Source of the DNA: Bacteroidales bacterium
Lineage (GTDB): Bacteria; Bacteroidota; Bacteroidia; Bacteroidales; WCHB1-69
DNA: 43,466 bases
Direction of reading: 5' to 3'
Assembly (NCBI GenBank): GCA_024400775.1
Contig: JAKSMF010000002.1
Location: 1 to 43,466, forward strand
The position numbers and the translations under genes are program-made. Positions 7,739 through 16,304 of this stretch are shown here, piece by piece (within the stretch, counting starts at the first letter, position 1; every line of letters begins with the position of its first letter). Below the pieces are notes generated by a model. The model was not told where the DNA came from and made no database searches. It worked only from the letters and a program-made list of their open reading frames with translations.

Positions 7739-10700
7739 TTACTCTTTCACGAATCGGATTTGCTCCTCGCCCTGTTCGGTGGCGACCTTCAGAATGTAGG
7801 TGCCGCTGTGGAGCGCGGAGATGTTGAGTTCGATGTATGTGCCGGCAGCCGACTGCCTCTGTACGCAGCGGCCGGTCAGGTCGTAAACCGACAGTTCGCG
7901 CATCTCGGAAGCGGCGGCGACCGTCAGCGTGGTGTTCGCCGGGTTCGGATAGACGCGCACTTCGCCGTCCGCGCTGACGGAAGATCCCGTCTGCTGAAGC
8001 GCCCGCGTCCCGATGGGCGACCGCTCCGCCTCGTCGTAATCGACTGCCTCTTCGTAGCAGATGTGGTGGAAGAAGCACAGGATTTCCTTCGCCATACGGG
8101 CGGCGCGTCCGTTGCCGCTCTCCGCCACCTGCTGCATCTGCGCTATCTGACTGTCGCTCAACTTGTACCAGTTTCCGTAAACCGCTTCGCGCAGCGATTG
8201 CAGACTGCCGTACTGCGTGTATTCATCCTTCTCGCTGTCGTTGAGCTCAAAGCGGACGGGAATATCCTCCAACGTGGCGCGTGCCTTGTCCCAAAGTCCT
8301 TCGGTACTTTGCGTCTCCGCCATCAGGTAGTGGGTGAGCGGCGTGTTGATGGCCTTGTACCAGTCCTTCAGCAGTGCGAGGTCGGGAACGCTGTCGCTGA
8401 TGATGCCGCGGATTTCGGTACGCGCGAGTTCTGACATCGCCGCCGACAGGTCGGACATCTCGGACTGCAGCGCGACGGCCTCTTCTGATTCAAGATCCTG
8501 AATGTTCTCGTACTGCTCCTGCATTTGGCTCAACTGTTCCGCCATCGACTGGTATTGCGGCAGTGCTCCGCCGTTTAGGCCATGGACTATCGGATCGTAC
8601 GGTCCGACGTGGCTTCCGCAGATGGTGGAGGCGCAGCCGTTGGCAGTGGCGTTCCGCACGGTATAGTACGACGATGAGCCGATGGGCTGGTGGTTACCAC
8701 CGCTGCTGCGATAATAGGTCACCGGGTCGTGGGTGGAAGGAATGGTCAGACTGTTGGCCCTCGTATTGACGAAATCGTTGTCAGCGCCCGCGCTCAACTG
8801 TCCCTGGGTGCGTCTGATACGGCCGTTGGAATAGGCGTATATGTCATACTTGTTGCCCGAAAAGGTGTTGCACAAGAATTGCAGACCAGAATTCCTGTAA
8901 TTTCCATCCGTACCGTTGATGCCACTGACGTAGCATGCATAATAGAGATTTTCGAAGCCATTCAATCGGATTGTGTTGTCGGCGGTTCCTGATTCGATAA
9001 TCTCTGCGCCCAAAGCAATCCGAGTGCTGTATGATGTGCGATGGAAATTGTTGCCTTCAATGGTATAACCAGTGGTGTTCAGTGAACGGAGCCCCGTTGC
9101 AGCTCTCAGCGTGTGATCAATGTTGAAGTCGCAGAAACTCACCCTGGCGTTGTCGGCGGCGGCGAGATGAACGCCGCTGAAGTCCTGACGGAAGTCGCAG
9201 TTGTCGAGGGTGATGTCGTAGTTGCCGAGCGTGCTGGAGGTGTGTACGGCGGTATCAAAGCCGACGAAGGAGCAGCGGGTGACGGTGTCGCTTCCGTGAT
9301 TCTCGCACACGCACGGGTCGATGGAAGAAATGGTCGGGCAGACGCGTTTGGCGTTGTAACCTGCCTCGATGGTGTAGATGGCCTTCCCTTTGGAAGTGGT
9401 GCCGGACATTTCATTGCGGAAGGAGCAGCCGTTGAATTTGACGCTGCGCACCTGCCACATTGTGACGTGGTTCTGGAAGTTGCGGCCTTGGGCGACAAAC
9501 AGGTTGTCGTCGTCCAAGGTGAAGGTACAGCGGGTGAAGTAGGATGCGTTGTCGGTGACCTGGTGAGTGGTGGTGTGGTTTTCGTAGGAAAGGAACTCCA
9601 CGGAACGGCGGTTGTTGCTGAAGAGGGTGTTGGTGGCCTGCACGATGCCGCCGGTGTGCTCGTATATGGCATTAGTGTCGGCACCGCGAGTGCTGATGGC
9701 CGTCCATGCGTTCTCGATGGTGGCGTTGTTGAGGATGACGCTGCCCTGAGCTAATGCCGCCTGACGGATGTCGTTGTGCCCTTCCACGATGATGCCCTGC
9801 CACATTTCGCCCTCGCAGGCCGAGGTGAGCGTGCCTCCGTTCACAATCAGCTTGCCGCCGGGACGGACGATGATGCGGGTGTTCCGACGCATTTTTGCTG
9901 TGTCTTCCACAGAAAGCGTGCCCAAACTGTCCACAATGATTGTAGAGCTGATGCCGCCGTGAAAATCCGCACCCCAGCGGATGTAAAATTGGGAACCGCT
10001 CTGCACAAGGATTTGTGCGCTGTCGCCCAAGTGGTAGGTGGCTCCACTGTCAAGTGTGAAACGACTTTTTTCGGTGAGAATGACGGAGGATTGCGGCTGT
10101 TGGGTGAAGATGCTGCCCGCCTCGCAGGTCAGCTGCGTGGGTTCGGCGAAGTAGCCGCTTTCGCTGTTGCGGTATTGCTGTGCGGGCGTGCGGTTCTGCG
10201 CCAGCGTGATGCTGTACCCGCGGGTGAGGTTCACCTGCTCTGCGCCCTTCAGCACGATTTTGCCCGTCCAGCGCGCGTCGTCGGTGATGTCGTAGTCGTC
10301 CCAGCGGATTTTCACCAGCCAGCTGGTGTCGTTGCTCAGCGGTATCATCTCGATGCTGAGCCCGGTAAGGTAAGTTGTAGTGTTGTTGGAAAGGGTGTTG
10401 GAATTGAACGTGAGGCGCGCCTTACCCAAATTGCCAGTATAGTACGTCTTCGCGTTGCAAGTGCTGGGATTCGTGCCCATATTGATTTTCCGGTGAGCGG
10501 AAAAGGCATCCCGGCTGTCACCGATAAAGGAGATGCTGTTGCGCACGGTGTCGCCGTCTGAGCTGATTTTGTTCCACATCGTGTATTCGCGAATCACGTT
10601 TTCCGTGTGCGAAAAGAGCCCATCTTCAAACACGCTGTCAACGGTGTTGCCCAGGTCGGTGTCGTACGCTTTCGGCACGATGAATTTTTCCTGGTCCTGG

Positions 10701-12118
10701 TAGCCGCAGAAGGCGTTGGGAAATTCCGGCACGAAATAGTCTGACACCCAGTGCCATTGCGTACACACGAAATTGGTGTCGCGGGGCATCAAGTGGCGGG
10801 TGTAGTCCCAGTACCCCTCGTTGCTGATGACGCGCAGGTTGTCACGGTTGTCGGTGTCCCAAACTTGATTTCTAACTGACGATTCCAAAACGTCCCTTCC
10901 GATTTGGTAATAGGCATAGATGCCCGGCGCGCCCGGATGCAGGCACGAGGTGTTGGAATATTGCAGGAAATCCAGCTTGTCGTTGTGCCCCACATCGTGA
11001 AACTCCAGCCAAATGTATTGATTCGGCGTGATGGTACTGTCTTTGTATGGGAGTTTGATTCTGATGGCATCGCCGTAGGTAACAAAGTCGCGCAGCACGA
11101 ACCATTTTTCTCCATCCTCTTTTTGCACATCAGAATTCAAGTAACCATTATTTGACACGTTTCGCGCATAGATATAGGTATTGGCGGGCACGTCAGGGTG
11201 TTTCCAATGCATCCGCCAGCGTTCGTAACCGTTGCAGCTTACCAGTCCGCTGTTGCCCCCGCCCAAGAGAGCATAGCCGCCCTGAAGCGGCAGGAAGGGC
11301 ATCGTCTCCGTACTTCCACGATGGTTGCCGCCACCGATATGAAAATTGTTGCTTCCGAAAAGGGAGTGTGCAATCTCGTGCGTTATGACACTGGTCGGAT
11401 TGCTCGCTATATCGGATGAGCCCACACATTGTGAAGCCCCTTTCCCACTAAGACGAATCTCCTGCCCGTCCACCTTAATCGGCACAGCATTGACACTGGC
11501 ATTGCCGTTTCCCACATTCTTACCTCCCAAAGCTGCGGAAGTGTTACGCACACAGAATATCGTATAATAGAAATCTGTGCCCTTACATACATAATCCATC
11601 CGTCGGTTATGACCAAACAAAGTGGACAGACCGCCCGTTTCATTAATCATTTCCGAACAGAGTTGGAGAATATTCACGAAACTGTATATATTTCCAGTTC
11701 CAAATCTTTCAATCATCCTGCTTTGCAATAGATTGACCACCACGAAGTCACCAATGATTTGCAGTGAATCGAAAGAGGACTCCCCGAAAATGCGGGTGAT
11801 ACAGCCCTTAGTTTGTCCGCACGCGTATGCGGTGTCCATAAACTCCAAATTCAACAAATAGGACGGAATCGTGCCCGAAACATTGATGCCCGCCTTGGCG
11901 GGATTAGTGATTCTTGGCCAGCACGTATCACTGGTGTTGACGGGATCCATTGTGGAATCCACGTCAAAGATGATGTTGGCGAAAATATTCAGAACGCGAA
12001 AGCTTGAGTTTGGGGAAATCCCATACCCGTCCCAGCTGTGAAAAATATCGTTTTGCCCAAAAGAAAGGAATGTACATAATATTAGGGTGAAACAAACAAA
12101 GATGCTCTTTTTCTTCAT
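7739..12118 (-). CDS. Giant T9SS-secreted protein: zincin-like HExxH N-terminal region + right-handed beta-helix repeats + T9SS C-terminal sorting domain
   Basis: 1459 aa. Signal peptide MKKKSIFVCFTLILCTFLSFGQ; HEIAHSLFG at nt 11366-11380; repeated N/C-rich beta-helix-like turns (NNATIENAW, CSFRNE, LDNCDFRQD, YTIEGNNFH). C-terminus VRVYPNPANTTLTV...GTYILKV...IRFVKE. Confidence 0.8.
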   Translation of the reverse strand: MKKKSIFVCFTLILCTFLSFGQNDIFHSWDGYGISPNSSFRVLNIFANIIFDVDSTMDPVNTSDTCWPRITNPAKAGINVSGTIPSYLLNLEFMDTAYACGQTKGCITRIFGESSFDSLQIIGDFVVVNLLQSRMIERFGTGNIYSFVNILQLCSEMINETGGLSTLFGHNRRMDYVCKGTDFYYTIFCVRNTSAALGGKNVGNGNASVNAVPIKVDGQEIRLSGKGASQCVGSSDIASNPTSVITHEIAHSLFGSNNFHIGGGNHRGSTETMPFLPLQGGYALLGGGNSGLVSCNGYERWRMHWKHPDVPANTYIYARNVSNNGYLNSDVQKEDGEKWFVLRDFVTYGDAIRIKLPYKDSTITPNQYIWLEFHDVGHNDKLDFLQYSNTSCLHPGAPGIYAYYQIGRDVLESSVRNQVWDTDNRDNLRVISNEGYWDYTRHLMPRDTNFVCTQWHWVSDYFVPEFPNAFCGYQDQEKFIVPKAYDTDLGNTVDSVFEDGLFSHTENVIREYTMWNKISSDGDTVRNSISFIGDSRDAFSAHRKINMGTNPSTCNAKTYYTGNLGKARLTFNSNTLSNNTTTYLTGLSIEMIPLSNDTSWLVKIRWDDYDITDDARWTGKIVLKGAEQVNLTRGYSITLAQNRTPAQQYRNSESGYFAEPTQLTCEAGSIFTQQPQSSVILTEKSRFTLDSGATYHLGDSAQILVQSGSQFYIRWGADFHGGISSTIIVDSLGTLSVEDTAKMRRNTRIIVRPGGKLIVNGGTLTSACEGEMWQGIIVEGHNDIRQAALAQGSVILNNATIENAWTAISTRGADTNAIYEHTGGIVQATNTLFSNNRRSVEFLSYENHTTTHQVTDNASYFTRCTFTLDDDNLFVAQGRNFQNHVTMWQVRSVKFNGCSFRNEMSGTTSKGKAIYTIEAGYNAKRVCPTISSIDPCVCENHGSDTVTRCSFVGFDTAVHTSSTLGNYDITLDNCDFRQDFSGVHLAAADNARVSFCDFNIDHTLRAATGLRSLNTTGYTIEGNNFHRTSYSTRIALGAEIIESGTADNTIRLNGFENLYYACYVSGINGTDGNYRNSGLQFLCNTFSGNKYDIYAYSNGRIRRTQGQLSAGADNDFVNTRANSLTIPSTHDPVTYYRSSGGNHQPIGSSSYYTVRNATANGCASTICGSHVGPYDPIVHGLNGGALPQYQSMAEQLSQMQEQYENIQDLESEEAVALQSEMSDLSAAMSELARTEIRGIISDSVPDLALLKDWYKAINTPLTHYLMAETQSTEGLWDKARATLEDIPVRFELNDSEKDEYTQYGSLQSLREAVYGNWYKLSDSQIAQMQQVAESGNGRAARMAKEILCFFHHICYEEAVDYDEAERSPIGTRALQQTGSSVSADGEVRVYPNPANTTLTVAAASEMRELSVYDLTGRCVQRQSAAGTYIELNISALHSGTYILKVATEQGEEQIRFVKE

Positions 12119-12119
12119 C

Positions 12120-13130
12120 CTACTGTTTTACGAATTTCACACTCGATTTTTTGCCGTTGACGAAATAGGTTGCGATGTAGGATCCCGCCGACAAAGAACG
12201 GACATTGACGCGCATTCTGGCGTCGTTTACTTGCTGCGAATGAACCACACACCCGTACATATTGGTGATGTACAACATTCCATTAAGCGCAATTCCGTCC
12301 TCAAACTGAAGGATCAGCGAATTTTTTACCGGATTGGGGTATAAACGGAACAAGATTCGTTCTTTGTCATCAATCTTGGCTGGAGGGAACTGCCAGCATC
12401 CGGCCCGCTCGTCTGCCATATAGACCAATTCTTCATCCTTATGAGCACAAAGCAGAATCGGATAAAATCCCCACCAATTATTGCTATTTCCCCCAGGACA
12501 GTTATCGTACCCATCGTGCCAGCCAAAAGGTGTAAAGTTTGGTCCTACACCTTCCACAAATACCACATTCTGTATCTTGTCACTAATAAAACGGGGGATT
12601 GCGTCCCACGGGTCGAGTGAGGGGAAAAGGTAAGATTTGGAAAAACGGATCATCTTTTTTCCATTTTCAAACCAAATGCTGTCGGCTACTATCGGAATCT
12701 TTTGATAGTCAAGTGCCCCGTAATAGTTAATATGATATGGCATATAAAATGTGTCGCCTAAAGCAAGTGACATATCGCATATCAACTCTTCGAGATCAAA
12801 CTCGGGTACATACCGATATATTCTTCCCGTCACCGTGTCCTCCCTGATATAAAAATTGACGTCATAGTACTGATGCCATCCATAACGATTGGGAATAAAG
12901 TAGTATGTCTGTTGATTAAATGAAATCGTATCTGATCTGTTCCATAGGTATTCGTAAGTTTCCACCCCGAAGAAGTCAGGATCATACGTCACATAATACC
13001 CGCCAATATAATACTCGGTTATGCTGTCGCCGAAGAACGACTGGTACTGGGCGTGCGCGCGGTTGCAAATGCCACCTCCCGCCACCAGCAGCGCGAGAAC
13101 GAGGGCTTTGAAAAAAATGTTGTGTTTCAT
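12120..13130 (-). CDS. T9SS-sorted hypothetical protein, paralog P1 (conserved MKHNIFFKALVLALLVAGGG signal)
   Basis: 336 aa with C-terminal LYPNPVKNSLILQF...GSYIATYFVNGKKSSVKFVKQ. Shares ADSIWFENGKKMIRF and FVEGVGPNF with P2. Its stop lies 1 nt from the ATG of the 7739 gene. Confidence 0.8.
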   Translation of the reverse strand: MKHNIFFKALVLALLVAGGGICNRAHAQYQSFFGDSITEYYIGGYYVTYDPDFFGVETYEYLWNRSDTISFNQQTYYFIPNRYGWHQYYDVNFYIREDTVTGRIYRYVPEFDLEELICDMSLALGDTFYMPYHINYYGALDYQKIPIVADSIWFENGKKMIRFSKSYLFPSLDPWDAIPRFISDKIQNVVFVEGVGPNFTPFGWHDGYDNCPGGNSNNWWGFYPILLCAHKDEELVYMADERAGCWQFPPAKIDDKERILFRLYPNPVKNSLILQFEDGIALNGMLYITNMYGCVVHSQQVNDARMRVNVRSLSAGSYIATYFVNGKKSSVKFVKQ

Positions 13131-13207
13131 AAGGGTTGATGTTTGTTGATTTGTTGATTTGTTGATTTGTTGATTCGTTTAACCGAAAAAACAATGCTGC
13201 AAAGTTA
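13131..13207 (-). promoter_or_regulatory. Promoter and leader of the P1/giant-protein operon: -7 box plus (tttgttga)x4 leader
   Basis: caaagtta at 13200-13207 is TAACTTTG on the minus strand. The leader holds 4 tandem 8-mers and is C-free on + (G-free in the mRNA) for 45 nt next to the ATG. It is homologous to 16200-16261. Confidence 0.6.
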
Positions 13208-13250
13208 CGTATTATTTTTCATTCGACAATAAAATGATTTTTTTCATAAA

Positions 13251-14138
13251 TTAATCGTTCTTGATGATTTTATATAAATTCCTTACCCCATTATGTATCA
13301 GACATACAATATAAAGACCAGCAGGATTTTTTTGCATATTAATGGTTTGACTCCCCTGATGCAACTCTACCTCCATGCAAACTCTACCCATACAGTCATA
13401 TATCAACAACTTTGTTCCTGTGTGGCGAGAATTGATAGTGAAAAAGTCAACAAACGGATTGGGATATATTGGGGAAGTCGCAAGTCCTTCCATTTCTATA
13501 ATCCCGTCCCCTTGACAAGGTTCTCTGAAATCGCAATTCTCAAAAGAAGCATCGGAAACGGCATAACTGAGGGAATCTCCATTGCGCTTGCAAATAAAGT
13601 AGAGGAAACCGCCATCGCCAAACCGTTCCATCAGTCCCCAATTGGGTCCAACCCCTTCAATAAACATCCTATAAGAGTCGGGGAAACTCCCGTGTATGTA
13701 ATTGTTGAAACGGATGTGTTTTTTCCCATTTTTTACAAAAACACTATCTACGATCAAATCAACGGGCTGGCCATACTCATTCTGAGTGTGAGAGGTGTCA
13801 TTTACTGATAAATTCAAATCCATAATCAGGAACTCTTCCTCTGAATCGGCAGGTCGGAAATAAAGTTCGGAATTGTCTTCAGACGAATGTAATTGACCGA
13901 GAAGCTGCGGGACCTCACTATAGGTTGCAAAATACCATAGTTCATGGTGACCGCTGAATGGATATGCCTTCATCTCTTCCACACTACAACCAGCCAGTCC
14001 CATTTGAACTGGCATTGTCCAGCTGATGGTATCGTCGATGAGTACAGGTTGATAATTAGTTTCTTGCGCCATCGCGCTACCTCCTCCCGCCACCAGCAGC
14101 GCAAGAACGAGGGCTTTGAAAAATATGTTCTGTTTCAT
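13251..14138 (-). CDS. T9SS-sorted hypothetical protein, paralog P2
   Basis: 295 aa with signal MKQNIFFKALVLALLVAGGG and C-terminal IYPNPFVDFFTINS...GLYIVCLIHNGVRNLYKIIKND. Homologous to P1 (VDSVFVKNGKKHIRF, FIEGVGPNWG). Confidence 0.8.
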   Translation of the reverse strand: MKQNIFFKALVLALLVAGGGSAMAQETNYQPVLIDDTISWTMPVQMGLAGCSVEEMKAYPFSGHHELWYFATYSEVPQLLGQLHSSEDNSELYFRPADSEEEFLIMDLNLSVNDTSHTQNEYGQPVDLIVDSVFVKNGKKHIRFNNYIHGSFPDSYRMFIEGVGPNWGLMERFGDGGFLYFICKRNGDSLSYAVSDASFENCDFREPCQGDGIIEMEGLATSPIYPNPFVDFFTINSRHTGTKLLIYDCMGRVCMEVELHQGSQTINMQKNPAGLYIVCLIHNGVRNLYKIIKND

Positions 14139-14169
14139 AAGGGGTGATTTTTATTGTTAATAAATTGAT

Positions 14170-14682
14170 TTACTGATTCTTATATACCTGCCTGCTACTG
14201 TAATACAGCCCAGTGAACGTGAAACAGCGTGTCACGCTGTCACGATACACCAACTGCGCCGGAATATTAAGCCAGATGTCGGTGCCCGAATCATCCTTCC
14301 CTACAAACAGCGACCGGTCGGGCATATTGAAAAAAGGATCGTCAGTCAGGTCGGTGCTGTCCTGCGTGGTGCCGGTGTAGAGGGTGCTGGAGACCGGTGT
14401 TACAGACAGTGTTGCTGATTTGGCGCAAGTCGATCCGTAGCCTTGACAATCCAGATGCCCCAATGAGCACATTCCGTTGCATTCGCGATAGGTGTGCCCG
14501 CAGCGAGTTTGCACAATGTATAGGGCTCCACTCTTTTGCCCATTGGAAAGCAGTTTTGCGATATGCTCAGTTTCAATGGCCGTTGAAGAATCCTTTTCAG
14601 TGTCACACGAAGTGTGAAAAAAAAAAAAAACAAAAAAGAGTCCGCCTAAAAATAACATAAATGAAAGTCTGTCCTTTTTCAT
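14170..14682 (-). CDS. Cys-rich putative lipoprotein (hypothetical)
   Basis: 170 aa. Signal MKKDRLSFMLFLGGLFFVFFFFHTSC and Cys cluster CGHTYRECNGMCSLGHLDCQGYGSTC. Only 31 nt separate it from P2. Confidence 0.6.
   Translation of the reverse strand: MKKDRLSFMLFLGGLFFVFFFFHTSCDTEKDSSTAIETEHIAKLLSNGQKSGALYIVQTRCGHTYRECNGMCSLGHLDCQGYGSTCAKSATLSVTPVSSTLYTGTTQDSTDLTDDPFFNMPDRSLFVGKDDSGTDIWLNIPAQLVYRDSVTRCFTFTGLYYSSRQVYKNQ
14617..14630. repeat. A14 (+) / T14 (coding strand) homopolymer inside the signal-peptide codons
   Basis: gtgtg aaaaaaaaaaaaaa c aaaaaa gag. The sense strand reads gtt ttt ttt ttt ttt = VFFFF. Confidence 0.95.
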
Positions 14683-14710
14683 AATGTGAAATTTTTGTTA
14701 CTCGGTTCCG

Positions 14711-14718
14711 CAAATTTG
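14711..14718 (-). promoter_or_regulatory. Candidate -7 box (CAAATTTG, one mismatch) inside the palindrome gcaaatttgc
   Basis: Lies 29 nt upstream of the ATG at 14682. It reads the same on both strands. Confidence 0.35.
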
Positions 14719-14736
14719 CCACAATATTTTCAATAA

Positions 14737-14784
14737 TAGTAGGTCAACTTGGGGAAATATGAGTTCTGACCTACTATTTTTTTT
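14737..14784 (+). terminator. Strong hairpin plus T8
   Basis: 10-bp stem tagtaggtca(14737-14746)/tgacctacta(14767-14776), then T8 (14777-14784). The T-run is on the + side although both flanking genes are on the minus strand. Confidence 0.55.
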
Positions 14785-15093
14785 GTATGTAATTAGTATT
14801 TAATACATTACAACAAAATATTTTTATATAAATGGATGAGTAGAAAAATGAGTTGGCCGTTTTTTTACATAAAAAGCCCTATTTTGAGAACCATTTTTAT
14901 GTATGATCGGGAGCGATTCTCGAATTTCCCACCCAACCAATATCATCATCGGAATGACAAAATTTTGTGCCACGCCCGAAGATTCAATAACCATTGAGAT
15001 GGTCTCGACCTTTGCGAGCCATTCGGGGTCGGCTCAACGCTCCTCGCACTTTTGCCAGGGCTCTCCTACACAGTCATCAGCGCGGGGGCGTGC

Positions 15094-16146
15094 CTATATG
15101 TCCTTGGTGCTGGTTGCATAATAGCCGCTGTCAAATCCGCGGGAGCCCCTGTAGGCAACGAGATCCAAACATTTAAGTTCGTTGAGCCGCCGTTTCGCAC
15201 TGCTTTCTGAAAGATGGAATTGGTCGGCCACATCACCGGTTTTGGCACCGGGATTGTTTTTGACATATTGCAGCAACTCGCGCTGCTCGCGGTTCAATTC
15301 CACCAGCGGTTCCGCCGTATCGGCCAACACCCCGAAAGGATGGTCTATGTAGAGTTCGGGATTCCACCTCTTGAGGCGGCTGAGGACTTCGCTCCCCTTG
15401 GTGGAATAGAATTCCATAATACAGATTTGGCCTTGTATGTTCACCTGCACTTCCCGGGGGGAGAAGCGAAGGACATTGACCAATCCGATGATGGTATGGC
15501 GATTAATCCGAAGGAAAGTGTCATCGGGAAGAGAGTCCTCAATAGCGTTGAGACTGCAGTACTGTTCATATTTCTCGCCATTCCGCAGATAGATGCAGGT
15601 CTTCGCGTCCTCGTATGAGAAATAGGAAATGTCGTTGATGGATACCAACTTTGCGCCGACTTTCGGAAGAAAGAGAACGACCCTGTCCGTTTTTTCCATC
15701 ACAGCCCTCCCCGTGCTTTTCAATTGGAGCGCCCTTGTATGGTACATCTTCAGGAGGAAGAAGAACAGGAAGAAGGCAGCATCCCTCAGGAAAATCTGCA
15801 CGCTCATATCATACCAGACCAGCGCCCAATTTATCTTTTCAACATACTGCATTCGGCTGAGCATATCATTGCGGACGAGGAGCATCTCAGCGCCAGTACA
15901 GACCACGACAGAAGCCGCCGCGCACACCCAGAACAGGAAAGCCCTGTTCTTTGACAACAGGTGAGGAATGGATATGAAATAGTTGAAGTAAACCATCACT
16001 GTGATAAGCCCCACGGAAATGAGCTCTTTCCAAGTATGAAGGGCAAGAGGGCGCAAAGCGGAGAAGTTGCAGAAGCGGAACGCCACGAACGCCCAGAAAA
16101 GCACGTGCAGGGCAATGGTGAGAATGCGTTTTGTTTTGTGTATCAT
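15094..16146 (-). CDS. Membrane-anchored LytTR-domain DNA-binding protein with an extra C-terminal wHTH-like segment
   Basis: 350 aa with about 4 N-terminal TM helices (aa 8-135). LytTR-like region around aa 155-258 (VSINDISYFSYEDAKTCIYLRNGEKYEQYCSLNAIEDSLPDDTFLRINRHTII). C-terminus REQRELLQYVKNNPGAKTGDVADQFHLSESSAKRRLNELKCLDLV. Confidence 0.75.
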   Translation of the reverse strand: MIHKTKRILTIALHVLFWAFVAFRFCNFSALRPLALHTWKELISVGLITVMVYFNYFISIPHLLSKNRAFLFWVCAAASVVVCTGAEMLLVRNDMLSRMQYVEKINWALVWYDMSVQIFLRDAAFFLFFFLLKMYHTRALQLKSTGRAVMEKTDRVVLFLPKVGAKLVSINDISYFSYEDAKTCIYLRNGEKYEQYCSLNAIEDSLPDDTFLRINRHTIIGLVNVLRFSPREVQVNIQGQICIMEFYSTKGSEVLSRLKRWNPELYIDHPFGVLADTAEPLVELNREQRELLQYVKNNPGAKTGDVADQFHLSESSAKRRLNELKCLDLVAYRGSRGFDSGYYATSTKDI

Positions 16147-16261
16147 TGTTGTTGGTTTGTGAACTGTGAGCTGTGAGCTGTGAACTGTGAGCTGTTGTTT
16201 ATTTGTTGATGTTGTTGATTCGGTTAACCGTTTAACCGAAAAAAACGACGCTGCAAATATA
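16147..16261 (-). promoter_or_regulatory. Promoter and leader of the LytTR gene: -7 box, palindrome cggttaaccg, (ctgtgagc/ctgtgaac) 8-mer repeats
   Basis: caaatata at 16254-16261 is TATATTTG on the minus strand. cggttaaccg lies at 16221-16230. The 15-mer cgtttaaccgaaaaa (16229-16243) is shared with 13176-13190. Confidence 0.6.
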
Positions 16262-16304
16262 CAAGTTATTTTCTCATTTCCAATAGATTGATGATATTTT
16301 ATGA

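Noticed and set aside
14903-15176. ORFs 14903..15121 and 14994..15176 as genes
   Set aside because: They have no promoter box, partly overlap the 3' end of the LytTR gene, and their translations show no recognisable features.
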